From Chiloscyllium plagiosum (Eukaryota): a DNA stretch of 64,000 nucleotides. Location of the stretch: contig NC_057719.1 of the NCBI RefSeq assembly GCF_004010195.1, positions 23,546,313 to 23,610,312 on the forward strand, given 5' to 3'. The notes under the pieces are model-generated. The model worked only from the letters and a program-made list of their open reading frames with translations, had not been told where the DNA came from and did not search any database. The stretch's first letter is position 1. Every line of letters begins with the position of its first letter. A program made the translations under genes and the position numbers. Shown here piece by piece: positions 1 through 12,909 of this stretch.

Positions 1-795
1 CTTTCTTCAGTTCCCTTCTGGCTATCCTGTATCCCTCCACTGCTCTGTCTGAATCCTGTTTCCTCAACCTTATGTTAGCCTCCTTCTTCCTCTTTACCAG
101 ACATTCAACCTCTCTCGTCAACCAAGGCTCCCTCACACGACCATTTCTTTCCTGTCTGATATTTACATACATATCATGGACGCGTCGTATCTGCTCTTTG
201 AAAAAGTTCCACATTTTCACCACATCCTTCCCTGACAGCCTATGCTCCCAACGTATGCTCCTCAAATCGTGCCTTACAGCATCGTAATTTCCCTTCCCCC
301 AATTATAAAACCTACCCTGTTGCACGCACCTATCTCTCTCCATAACCAAGGTGAAAGTCACTGAATTGTGGTTACCATCACCAAAATGTTCACCCACTAA
401 CAAGCCCATCACTTGTCCCGGTTCATTACCGAGTACCAAATCCAAAATGGCCTCCCCTCTGGTTGGACAATCTACATACTGTGTTAGAAAAGCTTCCTGG
501 ACACACTGCACAAACACCGCCCCATCCAATCTACTTGATCGAAAGAGCTTCCAATCAATATTTGGGAAGTTGAAATCACCCATGACTACAACCCTGTGGC
601 TACTGCACCTTTCCAAAATCTGTTTCCCAATCTGTTTCTCCACATCTCTGCTGCTATTGGGGGACCTATAGTAAACATCCAACAAGGTGACTGCACCTTT
701 CCTATTTCTGACTTCAACCCATACTACCTCTAAAGGCAGATCCCCCTCGAACTGCCTTTCTGCAAACATTATACCATTTCTAATTAGCAACGCTC
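1..795 (-). mobile_element. CR1 LINE, 5'-truncated, ORF2 endonuclease (APE) region; runs off the window start
   Basis: Manual minus-strand translation is open for ~265 codons: ALLIRNG...DVYYRSPNSSRDVEKQIG...VVMGDFNFPNIDW...PTRGEAILDLVLGN...FGDGNHNSV...EPWLTREVE. These are CR1 APE motifs. The ORF track misses it because it has no stop inside the window. Confidence 0.95.
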
Positions 796-1194
796 AATTC
801 TAATTAGCAAATGTTCAATTTTCCCTGGTCTTAAATCCCAAAGCATTGGATTGTCATTGGCTTTCAAGATTGTCAATATAGTAAATTCAAACTGGATTGG
901 GGTTTGATATTATTCAGGGTATAATTTAAACTGATTGGCTGAATTCGAATTTGTTTTTGTCTCCAGGCAACAAGCTAATCAAGATGTTTGAGCACACTGT
1001 TGCCTTATTGAAACACTTGGTCCAAATCCAGAAGTTCTGCTGCTTTAACTCTCTTAATGTATACCCACATCTTCATTACAACAGACATTTCTGTATGGAA
1101 GTTTCTTGATTTATGCACAGTTGCGGGGAGTCTTACAAACTTGTAATCTATCAACTCAGAAGTATTGATGTTGATGCCAAAATAAGTTTTTTGG

Positions 1195-1912
1195 GGTAAA
1201 GGTCATCTCAGCTCCAGGGCATCTCTGCAGGAGTTTCTTAGGGCAGTGCCCTAGATCCAACTATCTTCAGCAGCTTCATCAATGGCCTTCCCTCCATTGT
1301 AAGGTCAGTAGTAGGATATTACCTGATGATTGTACAATGTTCAGCACCATTCACGCTTCCTGAGATACTAAAGCAATCCATGTTCAAATGCAGCAATACC
1401 AGAACAATGTCCAAATTTGGGCTGACAAGTTGCAAGTAACATTCATTGTCTAGATGAAGGCAGCTCCAAAAACACTCAAGAAGCTTGAGTATATCCAGGA
1501 CAAAGCAACCCATTCAATTAGCACCACATCGTCAAACATTCAGTCCCTCCATCATCAAAGATCAGTTGCAGCAGAGTGTGCTATCTGCAAGATGTAGAAG
1601 ACTTCTTAGACATCATCTTCTAAACCATAACCACTACCATCAAGGACAAGGGCAGCAGATAACTGGGAATACAACCCACCTGCAAGTTCCCCTCCAAGCC
1701 ACTCACCATCCTATGATAGTGAATGATACTATCAGTCCTTCAATGTTTCTTGGTCAAAATCCTGGAACTTCTACCCTAATGGCACTGTGGGTAAACCTAC
1801 AGCAAATGGACTACAGAAGATCAAAAAGCTCCAGTTTCTCTCAGATAACAAGGGATAGGTAATAAATGCTGGCCTAGCCAATGATGCCTATTCCTAGGAA
1901 TGAATTAAAAAA
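1195..1912 (+). mobile_element. Old CR1-group (L2/Crack-like) LINE, degenerate RT and 3' end
   Basis: Degenerate GVxxGSxLxPTIFSxFINxLPS...DDCTMFSTI...WADK motif; tail aataaatgctggcctagcc...aatgaattaaaaaaa. Same family at 23.6-25.3 kb and 36.3-36.6 kb. Confidence 0.8.
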
Positions 1913-2029
1913 AGGTAAGATCTAATTGTGGACCACTTAATTGTTTCAATTAAATCATTGTCCTGTTCAAAGCTATTCCCGACATATATTCTCTCTGGGC
2001 CTCTCTTCAAGATAATGCTTGAAAAAAAA

Positions 2030-2492
2030 ACACATTGGAGGGGACCAATATCCTGGCAGGGAAATTTGCTACTGCTACTCGGCTGCTTTTAAACAAGTAT
2101 GGAGGTGGGCTGGGGGATTTTAAGCAGTAGTGAGAATAGAGAGAAAGTTGAGGATGGTTTGGAAGTTAAAAAGAGCAAGTTAATTAGACAAGGCAGGCAA
2201 AAACAATTCAGAGAATGAGATAACTCTGAAGAATTAAATTGCATTCATATCAATGCATGAGGTCTGACAACGTTTTCACATGGAGATGGCTCATATGTGG
2301 AATGAATTGCCAGAGGAAGTGACAAATGAAGGTACAGTTGCAACATGTAATAGACATTTGGACAGATACAGGAATAGGAGGGACATGGCCAAACACAAGC
2401 AAATGGGACTAGTTTAATTTGGGAAACTTGGTTGGTATGGATGAGTTAGACTGGAGGGTTTATTTCTGTGCAGTATGACTCTATGATTCTAT
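2030..2492 (+). mobile_element. Internally deleted or chimeric CR1: ORF1 C-terminus and ORF2 start joined to the 3' end
   Basis: Encodes WRGTNILAGKFATATR (ORF1 end) and LNCIHINA*GLT (ORF2 start), then jumps at ~2270 to tggaatgaattgccagaggaag... and the tatgactctatgattct tail. Confidence 0.75.
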
Positions 2493-2599
2493 TCTGTCTG
2501 GAGTTACCTCCAACTACCTCATCTTTACAATCAATGGGGCAATGGATACCAACACTGTTATTTATATTGCAGACTTTTGGCAAAACTCAATATATTTTC

Positions 2600-2922
2600 C
2601 CATCCAGCCTTTCCTCAGTTCACTTTTAAGTCTTTCTCCTCTCATCTTAAGACCATGACATCTAGTTTTGAACTGTCCCACCTTGGGGAAAAGACATTTG
2701 CAATTCACCTTATCTATGCCCCTCATGGTTTTAGAAACCGCCATAAGGTCATCCCTCAACCTCCTACGCTACAGGGAGAAAGATCCCAACCCATCCAGCC
2801 TCTCCTTATAACTCGTATCTTCCAGTCCCGGTAACCTTCTGCACCCTCTCAATGTAATAGAATCCTTCTTGTAGCAATGCAAACAAGACTATACTTAGTA
2901 CTTCAAAATTGGCCTCACCAAT
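2600..2922 (-). mobile_element. CR1 LINE 3' fragment
   Basis: ORF 2562-2759, MRDDLMAVSKTMRGIDKVN...LFPKVGQFKTRCHGLK, matches the CR1 ORF2 C-terminus. Confidence 0.85.
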
Positions 2923-3159
2923 TTCTCATCCCCATGGGTAATGAAGCTCCTTGCTCTGGGTACCAATTTCTTCTTCAATACACATCCAAGAGAAGCTAAT
3001 ATACAGAAACTTACCACAACCAGTTTGTATTCATTAATAGGAACATAATAATGTAGTTGCCTGATTAAATATGATTAACACAATACAGAAATAAATAATA
3101 CATTGAAAAGCTTGTGTGCATGTGAGTCTGCATCTGTGCTGTATGCATTGGCTTACAGG

Positions 3160-3598
3160 AATCAGCTATGTTTCAGCAATTTTGTCTCTCAGTCAATGCA
3201 ATAGGTTGAAACCCTTCTCTGAAGATGAAAGCAAAATCAAGGATGACACTTCGGTGTATTTGTTGGGTGACGCTGCTGTGCTGGAGGCAATATCTTTAGA
3301 ATAAGACAGTAATCCAAGGTTCCAACACCCAGTCTGGCTGATATAAAGATATCATGGCATCATTTAAGCACTGGCAGGCAAATTTTCCTGCAAACATTTA
3401 TCCATCAATCAACAACAAATTTTACAGATCACCTGCTAAATAATTTAATTAGTGTTTATAGAACTTTGTTTTATGTCATTTCACTGCACTATTTCCCAAA
3501 ATGACTGCATTTCAAAACATTCTCCATTGGTTGTGAAGCACTCTGGGAAGACCTGAAGTCATGAACTGCACTCTATAAATGCTAATTCTTCCCTTCTT
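3160..3598 (+). mobile_element. DeuSINE (SacSINE1/AmnSINE1-like), degenerate near-full-length copy
   Basis: Follows the recalled Deu-domain order: gctgctgtgctggaggc..tcttt..ataagac, taaagatatcatggca, acatttatccatcaatcaac, acagatcacctg, cattggttgtgaagcactctggga, ctataaatgctaattcttc. Confidence 0.7.
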
Positions 3599-4027
3599 TT
3601 CCACTGAGCTAAGCTGATCAGGATTGAGCTGTGCCAGTAACAATCATAAAAATCACATAACACCAGGTTATAGTCCAACAGAACAAACCTAGATTGTTGT
3701 TAAGTCTTTCATCTTTTGGAATGGGTTGCAGGTTTCAGTTCAGTGGTACATAAATTCCAGAACTTCTATTAAGTCACATTCTCAAGATAACTTCAGGTTT
3801 GATAAAAAAAATTGACATCTCAGCTCAGACAATGCATTACTAGTGTGAGGTTAGAGTCTGTCTGCATCCCAATCTTGAGTCAGACTGGTTCTATTTCCAA
3901 AGTAGGAATTTATAAAATATAACATGGTTTGACTGCCTGCATTGACTGCTAGTAGATTGTACACTTAGTGAGCAAAATAGATCTGAAAATATAATTCTGC
4001 AAATACAAATTCATCCAATAGATCTTT

Positions 4028-4328
4028 ATGTGTGTTTGTGTGCATGAGAGAGAGAGTGTATTTGTGCATGTGAGTGTGCACATGTGAGTGTGAGTGCACA
4101 TGAGAGTGTATGTTTGTGTGTGCAAGCTTGATAAAGTGTGCATGAGAGCGTGATGGATTATAAGCCTGTGAGAGAGAGTGTGCATGGGTGTGAGTATGGG
4201 GTGTGTATATGTGTGTATCAGAGTATGTGCATGAGAGAGAGTGTGTGTATGAGTCAGCATCTGTGTGAGTATGTAAGTGTGTACATATGTGCATGCCTGT
4301 GTTGTGAGAGAAAGAGAGAGAGAGAGTA
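4028..4328. repeat. Degenerate (TG)n/(AG)n microsatellite within the PLE pLTR
   Basis: Visible dinucleotide runs; the inverted counterpart (CT)n(CA)n is at 6470-6562. Confidence 0.9.
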
Positions 4329-4329
4329 T

Positions 4330-6460
4330 AGTTATGAACCCAAGGTCCAAGCTGAGGCCATTCTATCAGCCTCTGCTTTGCGTTGTTTCTTGTCCCAAAG
4401 TCTGCCTTGGAGGATGGTCACCCGAAGATCCAAAGCAGAATGGCCTTGACCGCTGAAATGTTCACCGACTGGGAGGGAACACTCCTGCCTGGTGATTGTT
4501 GCGAAGTGTCCATTCATCCATTGTCGTAGCGTCTGCTTGGTCTCGTCAATATACCATGCCTGCAGTGTATGAGATAGACATCATTGGCCAAGTCACATGA
4601 GTACCTGCCACGTACATGGTAGGCAGTGTCCCCACGTGTATTGGTGGTATCCATGTCGACACTCTGACACGTCTTGCAGTGGTTGCCATGACAGGGTTGT
4701 CCAGTGTTGTGTTCGATGTTATCTTGAAGGCTGGGCAGTTTGCTGTGAACAACGATCTGTTTGAAGTTTGGTGGCTGTTTAAAGGCGAGAAGTGGAGGTG
4801 TAGGGAAGGTCTTGATGAGGTGCTTATCCTCATCGATAGTTGCAGGCTGCGAAGAACATGACGTAGTTTTTCGGCTTCCAGGAAGTACTGGACAACAAAG
4901 GGTACCCCATCAGTTGCAACCTGTGTCTGTCCCTTGAGGAGATCATTACAGTCTCTCGCTGTGGTACACCGGAACTGGCAGTCGATGAGTTGAGCATCAT
5001 GCCCAGTTCTTATGAGGGCATCCTTAAACACCTTCAGGTGCCATCACAATCTTCCTCATCTGAACAGATCCTTTGTATGCGTAGGGCTTGTTCATAGGGG
5101 ATTGCTGTTTTAATATGTTTCGGGTGGAAGCTGGAGAAGTGTAGCATTGTGAGGTTCCTGTGGTGCCCATGCTTGATGGACGTGCATGTGTCCAAGAATG
5201 AGACAGATACTAAACAGTAGTCCATGGTAAGTCTGATGGTGGGATGAAACTCATTGACATCAATGTTTAGTTGTCTCAGTGACTCCTCACCATGGGTCCA
5301 GAGGAAGAAAATGTCATCAATGTACCTGGTGTATAGTATTGGTTGGAGGTCCTGTGCAGAAAAGAAGTCTTGTTCGAACCTGTGCATGAAAATGTTGATA
5401 TACTGGGGTGCAAATTTGATCCCATGGCTGTTGCGTGTGTCTGGATGAAGAACTAGTTGTCAAAGGTGAAAACGTTGTGAAGCGGATGAGTTGCAGGATG
5501 GTGCTTGGAGATTGGCAGTTGTTGGTGCTGAATACTAAAGCTGTTGTCACGATGTCATCATTGTGGGGGATGCTGGCGTAGAATACTGAAACATCCATTG
5601 TGATGAGGAATGTTCCCAGTTCGACTGGTCAGTGGGTGCTGAGTTTCTGTAAGAAATCTGTAGGTCCCCTGTACAATGGGTTTCAAGATGCCTTCGACAT
5701 AGCCAGAGAGGTTCTCACACAGCGTCCCATTGGCTGATATGATGGGACATCCCAGTGTGTTGGCTTTGTGTATCTTCGGAAGGCAGTAGAAACACCCTAC
5801 GCGAGAGTTACTTGGAATGAGAGCACTTAAGGAATTCTGAAGGACTGGATCAAAAGTCTTAATCAATGTGTTTAGTTCGCAGGTGTATTCTTTGGTCAGA
5901 TCAATAAGTAGTTGCCTGTAGTGTTCCTGGTTGTTCAGTTGTTGGTACATTTCCTTGCAGTCATCCATTCTATTCTGAATGACGATGGATCCTCCTTTAT
6001 CTGCTGGTTTGATAACAATTTCACAACTAGTTTTGAGAGCTTGGTTGGTGTTGTGTTATGATAGGGTGATGTTTTGGTCTACCTTGTGGCTGCAGTTGAT
6101 GAACCTGGCATTTACACATTCCCTGATGGTTTGAGTATACATGTCAAGCCCAGGGCAGCAGCCCTCCGGAGGCGTCCAAATCAACTCCTTCTTCGGTCAA
6201 TCTTCTATGGATCTCTCTGATGGTTAGCACATTGGGATCAACGCTGACACCTTGGAAGACTTCTCAGAGTCTCATTCATCTGATGAATTCCTCAGTGTTT
6301 GCTGCAAGACCAATGAGATCCATTTTGGTGGTGGGGCAGAAACTGAGAACTTCAATGCCTTCCAGTTGAAGGGTGTGGTGCAATAAGTTGATGATTGATT
6401 TCCTCGTGGCAATAAGGTTTTCAACTGTGGTGCCAGGGGAGGCTTGGCTACTGCTGGTGG
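4330..6460 (-). pseudogene. PLE polyprotein remnant: RT, Cys-rich linker, GIY-YIG endonuclease
   Basis: FYCLPKIHK...GCPIIS; MDVSVFYASIPH; RYIDDIFFLW; linker PCHGNHCKTC; VYLIHC..YIDET..LRQWMNGH. Multiple frameshifts and stops. Confidence 0.9.
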
Positions 6461-6486
6461 TGTACATGTTCACATGCACACACTCA

Positions 6487-6535
<49 letters not shown>

Positions 6536-7032
6536 TCTTTCTCTCCTGCACACACACACATATATAAGTCTATGGGGTGAATTTGTATCTGCAGAATTAT
6601 ATTTGCAGACACATTCTATTTTACTCAGAAAATGCAGACAGTCAATACATGTAATATTTTGTAAATTCCGCTTTGGAGGTAGAACCAGTCTGACTCAAGA
6701 TTGGGATACAGACAGACTTTAACCTCACTCCTTTAATGCATTATCTGAGCAGAGATGTCACCTTTTTTTATAAAACATAAAGTTACGTTGAGAATGTGAT
6801 TTAAAAGCAGTTCTTGGATTTATATATTAATGAACTGAAACCTGCAACCCATTCTGAAAGATGAAAGACTTAACAGCAATCTAATTTTGTTCAATATATC
6901 ATTTTAGTTGCAAGAAACTGTAACCTCTTGTGATAATTTCTGCTTCTTATGCTCTTGTTCCAACACCACCTAATGAAGGAGCAGTGCTCCAAAAGCTAGT
7001 GCTTCCAAATAAACCTGTTGGACTATAATCTA

Positions 7033-10000
7033 ATCATAGAGTCAGAGAGTCATAGAGATGTACACAATGGAAACAGACGCTTTAGTCCAACTTGTCCATG
7101 CCAACCAGATATCCCAACTTAATCTAGTCCCACTTGCCAGCACCCGGCCCATATCCCTCCAAGCCGTTCCTATTCATATACCCATCCAGATGTCTTTTCA
7201 ACATTGCATTTGTCCCAGCCTCCACCACTTGCTCTGGCAGCTCACCTCACACATACACCACCCTCTGCATGAAAAGCTTGCCTCTCAGGTCTCTTTTATA
7301 TCTTTCCCCTCTCACCCGAAACCTATACCCTCTAGTTCTGGATTCCCTCAACCCAAGGAAAAGACTTTGTCTATTTATCCTATCCATGCCCCTCATAATT
7401 TTATAAACCTCTATAAGGTCATCCCTTGACACTCCAGGGAAAACAGCCTCAGCCTATTCAACCTCTCCCTGTAACTCAAATCCTCCAACCCTGGCAACAT
7501 CCTTGTAAATCTTTTCTAAAACCTTTCAAGTTTCACAACATCCTTCCGAGATGAAGAAGAGCAGAATTGCACACAATATTCCAAAAGTGGCTGAACCAAC
7601 GTCCTGTACAGCCGTAACATGACCTCCCGACTACGATACTGAATACTCTGACCAATAAAGGAAAGCATACCAAACGCCTTCTTCACTATCCTATCTACCT
7701 GTGACTCCACTTTCAAGGAGCTATGAACCTGCACTTCAAGGTCTCTTTGTTCAGTAACACTCAATAGGACCTTCCCATTAAGTGTTTAAGTCCTGCTGAG
7801 ATTTGCCTTTGGCCCATGGCCCATGTCCATTGGCCCATCTGATCAAGATCCCATTGTAATCTGACGTAACCTTCTTCACTGTCCACTACACCTCCAATTT
7901 TGGTGTCATCTGCAAACTTACTAACTATGCCTCCTATGTTCATATTCAAATCATTTATATAAATGATGAAAAGTAGTGGAACCAGCACCAGAACCATTGG
8001 TCACAAGCCTCCAGTCTGAAAAGCAACCCTCCACCACCACCCTGTGTCTTCTACCTTCAAGCCAGTTCAGTATCCAAATGGCTAATTTGCTCTGCATTTC
8101 ATTAGATCTAACTTTGCTAACCAGTGTCCCATGGGAAATCTTGTCGAACGCCTTACTGAAGTCCATATGGATCACGTCTACCGCTCTGCCCTCATCAATC
8201 CTCTTTGTTACTTCTTCAAACAAACTCAATCAAGTTTGTGAGACATGATTTCCCATGCACAAAGCCATGTTGACTATCTCTAATCAGTCCTTGCCTTTCC
8301 AAATACATGTACTTTCTGTCCCTCAGGATTCCCTCCAACAACTTGCCCATCACCAATGTCAGGCTCACCACTCTATAGTTCCCTGACTTGTCCTTGCCAC
8401 CTTTCTTAAACAGTGGCACCACATTAGCCAACCTCCAGTCTTCCGGCACCTCACCTGTGACTATTGATGATACAAATATCTCAGCACGGGGCCCAGCAAT
8501 CACTTCCCGAGCTTCCCACAGAGTTTGAGGGTACACCTGATCAGGTCCTGGGGATATATCCACTTTTATGCATTCCAAGACATTCAGCACTTCCTCCTCT
8601 GTAATGTGGACATTTTTCAAGATGACACCACCTATTTTTCTATATTGTATATCTTCCATGTCCTTCTCCACAGTAAATACTGATGTAAAATACTCATTTA
8701 GTATCTTCCCCATTTCCCCACTTTGCTGGTCTTTGAGGGGCTCTGTTCACTCCCGAGTTACCCTTTTGACTTTAATGTATTTGTAAAAACCCTTTGGATT
8801 CTTCTTAACCCTATTTCCCAAAGTTATCTCATGTCCCCTTTTTGTCCTCCTAATTTCCCTCTTATGTATACTCGTACTGCCTTTATACTCTACTAAGGAT
8901 TCTCTCGATCTATCCTGTCTATACCTGACATATGCTTCCTTCTTTTTCTTTACCAAACCCTTATTTTCTCTAGTCATCCAACACTCTCTCCACCTACCAG
9001 CCTTTCCTTTCACCCGAACATGAATATACTGTATCTAGACTCTCGTTATCTCATTTCTGAAGGTTTCCCATTTTCCAGTCATCTCTTTACCTCTGAACAT
9101 TTGCCCCCAATCAGCTTTCGAAAGTTCTTGCCTAATACCATCAAAATTAGCCTTCCTCCAATTTAGAACTTCAACTTTTAAATCTGGTCTATCCTTTTCC
9201 ATCACGATTTTAAAACTAATAGAATTGTAGTCACTGGCCCCAGAGTGCTCCCCCACTGACACCTCAGTCACCTTCCCTGCCTTATTTCCCAAGAGTTGGT
9301 CAAATTTTGCACCTTCTCTAGTAGGTACACCTACATACTGAATCAGAATTATTTGTTGTACACTCATAACAAATTCCTCTCCATCTAAACCCTTAACACT
9401 ATGGCAGTCCCAGTCTATGTTTGGAAAGTTAAAATCCCCTGCCATAACCACCCTATTATTCTTACAGATAACCGAAATCTCCTTACAAATTTGTTTCTCA
9501 ATTTCCCACTGACTATTAGGAGGGTCCATAATATAATCCCAATAAGGCGATCATCCCTTTCTTATTTCTCAGTTCCAACCAAATAACTTCCATGGATCTA
9601 TTTCTGGGAATATCTTCCCTCAGTACAGCTGTAACACAATCCCTTATCCAAAACACCACTCACCTTCCTTTCTTGCTTCCCTTTCTGCCCTTCCAGTAGC
9701 ATTTGTATCCTGGAATATTAAGCTGCCAGTCCTGTCCATCCTTGAGCCATATTTCTGTAATTGCTATGATATCCCAGTCCCATGTTCCTGACTTCATCTG
9801 CCTTTCCTATTATGCCACTTGCATTGAAATAAATGCAGTTTAATTTATCAGTCCTACCTTGTTCTTTGCTTTGTCCCTGCCTGCCCTGACTGTTTGACTC
9901 GCTTCTGTTCTCAACTGTACCAGTCTCAGATTGATCTCTTTCCTCACCATCTCCCTGAGTCCCACCCCCTCCACCTTACAAGTTTAAATCCTCCCAAGCA

Positions 10001-10785
10001 GCTCTAGCAAATCTCCCTGCCAGTATATTAGTCCCCTTCCAATTCAGGTGTAATCCCTCCTTCTTATACAGGTCACTTCTACTCCAGAAGAGGTTCCCAT
10101 GATACAAAAATGTGAATTTTTCTCACATACACTAGCTCCTCAGCCATGCATTCATCTGCTGTATCCTCCTATTCCTTCCCTCACTACCTCGTAGCACTAG
10201 GAGTAATCCAGATATTACTACTCTCAAGGGCCTCCTTTTTAAATGCCTGCATAACTCTCTCTATTCTTCCTTCAGAATCTCATCCTTTTCCCTTCCTATG
10301 TCATTGGTTCCAATGTGTACAATTACCTTCTGCTGGGATCTCTCCCCCTTGAGATCATTCTGCAACCTCTCTGAAACTCCCTTGATCCTGGCACCAGGGA
10401 AGCAATGCATCATTCTGATTTTTGCAGCAGGCCACAGAAACATCTGTCTGTGCCTTGGACTAGAGAGTCCCCAAACACAATCAATCTCTTGGAACCCAAC
10501 ATACCCCTCATTGCATTACAGCCAGTCTCGAAACCAGAAACTTGGCTGTTCTTGCTACATTCCCCTGAGAATCCATCACCCCCTACCTTTTCAAAAACAG
10601 CATACTTGTTTGAAATGGATATAGCTACAAAAGACTCCTGCACTACCTGCCTACCTCTCCTACCTTTCCTGGCCTTAACCCATCTACATGACTGTGTCTG
10701 CAGCTTTTCTCCCTTCCAATAACTGCCATTCATCACACTCCCTTGCTTTTGTAAATTCCTCATTGCCTCGAACTGTCACTCCAAT
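7033..10785 (-). mobile_element. Near-full-length CR1 (HER1-like) LINE: partial ORF1, disrupted ORF2, 3' tail
   Basis: ORF track pieces give APE (GDFNFPNIDW) and RT (DFSKAFD, FADDTK). Tail (TCTATGAC)-type repeats at 7035-7056. Confidence 0.95.
9985..10763 (-). pseudogene. CR1 ORF1 SGNH/GDSL-esterase domain remnant
   Basis: LIVFGDSLVQGTDR (block I), CFPGARI (block II), VIVHIGTNDIG (block III); frameshifted. Confidence 0.85.
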
Positions 10786-11520
10786 GTCAACCCCAGTCCA
10801 ACACCAGCCCCTCCACATCATGAGTAACAATCTTGAGGAAATTATACATAGATCAGGAGAAGGTTGTTTAGCTTATCAAGTCTACTTCATCCAGATTCCA
10901 TATGGGAATGCTCTATCATGGACTTTCTTCCCACAACACACTTTGATCTTTTACTTCATGGAACACTTATTTCACTCCCAATCACCAACCCAACTTAGCC
11001 CTAAAAGATCAAGTTGCATTGTCGATTCTCTGTGTAAGCCACAGTCTCATTTTAAACAGATATACCTCCAATTTCCTTTCAAAAATTACAATTAATCATA
11101 AACCAACCATCTTCTCCACGAGTGCGTTGCCAAACATTATCTCGGCTTGCTTATAAGTATTACCCCACCTTTGAGTACGGTGTTCTGGGTTTTCACCTGA
11201 TGTATATGGTTCCGAAAGACTTCACATGGAGGAGTGCCATGTGGAGATGCCACTATGGTGTCTTGTGGACAGAACACTTTAGGATCTCAAAAGTGTGATC
11301 CCTCTTCAATGTGTATCATATCAATGTAACCTGTAACTCACTGCTAATATGCGATAATTATTAAGTACAAGAGAGTCTCTTAAGTAGGACAGGACCTCTT
11401 GCATTGGACCAAACAGATCCTGCAGTTTCTTATACTTGAAGACAATGGTGGTAGCAACCTTCATCATGAGCTAGCATGACCATACAACAAAGCCCCACTT
11501 TGCACAGAAGCTTTTAATCT

Positions 11521-11855
11521 CGATTCGGAGATGCTGGTGTTGGACTGGGGTGTACAAGGTTAAAAATCACACATCAGGTTATAGTCCAACAGGTTTATTT
11601 TTAAAACGTTTTGTGATTTACTTATGAAAGAACTAAAACCAACATGGTCATTCTAAAAGATGGAGACTTAACAAACAATCAAGGTCTTTTTCAATATACA
11701 GTATACCTTCAGTTACATCACACTGTACATTTTTGCTATAGATTCTGTGTCTTACGATCTTATACTCTACAACCACGTGATGAGGGACCAGCAGTCCGAA
11801 AGCTAATGCTTCCAAATAAATCTGTTGGACTATAACCTGGTGTTGTGTGATTTTT
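11521..11855. mobile_element. PLE pLTR insertion, short inverted arm plus long arm, with degenerate hammerhead
   Basis: Both ends match the Neptune-type pLTR terminus in opposite orientation. TSD AGC(T/C)TTTAATCT at 11509-11520 and 11856-11867. gtgatgagggaccagcagtccgaaagcta at ~11777-11805. Confidence 0.85.
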
Positions 11856-12784
11856 AGCCTTTAATCTAGATACTTCAGTAATGCCATGCGGCAGTACAGC
11901 ACTGTAGCAATTTTGGACTTAACACGTTTCAGGTAAGGTTGAAACCCTATTTGCTAAGAAAGAAATAACACAGCTCCTTTTTGTACAGAATGTCTCTGGA
12001 AATGAATGTTTTTTAAATAAATATTACTGTTAATTTGCCACGTTGATGCATGGGGAATATGCTGGTTTGTGGTCACTATCAGCTTTGAAAAGAAATTGGC
12101 TCTACATCTGTTAAAAGCAGGACTGAGGGTTACATAGATAATTAACAATGTAACGACTCATTGGTTGGGTTGGGGGAGGGGGTTCAATGATTAGAAAACA
12201 AATATTCTCAGAGTAAACCATCAATACATTTGAGGGAAGAAATTTTGTAATAGAACCTTCCACATGGAATCTAGATGAAGTGAACTCATTATTTTATCCG
12301 GCTCTGTTATTAAGATAACTTTCTCTTTGTGCCATTACAGTCACATCGCCAGCACATCTTACAGATAAATAGAGATGATCACATTTTATGCAGCATTCAT
12401 CAATTAATGGATACTTTACCAAATGAAATATTTATTTAAAATTAATTCAATTCCGGAGTCATTCTGTTGAAACTCTGAGGGGAACACCTGTCTTAAAGAA
12501 TTATTTATACCAAGATCATTACTGTTTTGTTTTCATGCTCTTAGGTATTGCAATACCTGATGAGATTTTGTTTAACCTCATAGGACTTCAAGAAAAGGGA
12601 CATTTCTTTTTCAAAAGTGTAAGCTGTCTGATGGACTTTGAGTTCTGTCATGTGAAATGAAGACAAATAGATAGGCTGAAAGTACCAGGTTTTCATATTG
12701 TCATTTAATCACTTAACATATGCTCAGTTTGGCACATCTGCACAGATTGCATTCAGCTCCCTCACTTTCCAAATCCTTTCATAG

Positions 12785-12909
12785 CTGATTAAAAGCTGGA
12801 ACCTGCCCATCTCTGGAGATGGCAACAGTAATGAAGTACAGCTGAAACCATCTGAAAGTGCCATGGCAGAAGGTTGCATTATCACATTGTATTTGAACTG
12901 GCAAACACA
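12785..12909 (+). other. Candidate exon (125 nt) of an unidentified host transcript
   Basis: Pyrimidine-rich acceptor ccctcactttccaaatcctttcatAG, donor CA|GTAAGT, one open frame LIKSWNLPISGDGNSNEVQLKPSESAMAEGCIITLYLNWQT, set in unique sequence. No homology recognised. Confidence 0.3.

Larger units (their letters stand above)
3646..10822 (-). mobile_element. Penelope-like retroelement (Neptune-type) with inverted pseudo-LTRs, interrupted by a CR1 at 7033-10785
   Basis: RT and GIY-YIG remnants at 4330-6460. 3646-4030 and 6560-7032 are inverted homologues. The pLTR terminus resumes at 10787-10822. TSD AGTAACAATC at 3636-3645 and 10823-10832. Confidence 0.9.

Noticed and set aside
3949..4449. 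His/Thr-rich ORFs (also the ERERER ORF at 6276-6557)
   Set aside because: Translations of dinucleotide microsatellites inside the PLE pLTR.
12864..12909. MAEG start resembling FGF1
   Set aside because: Similarity ends after four residues.
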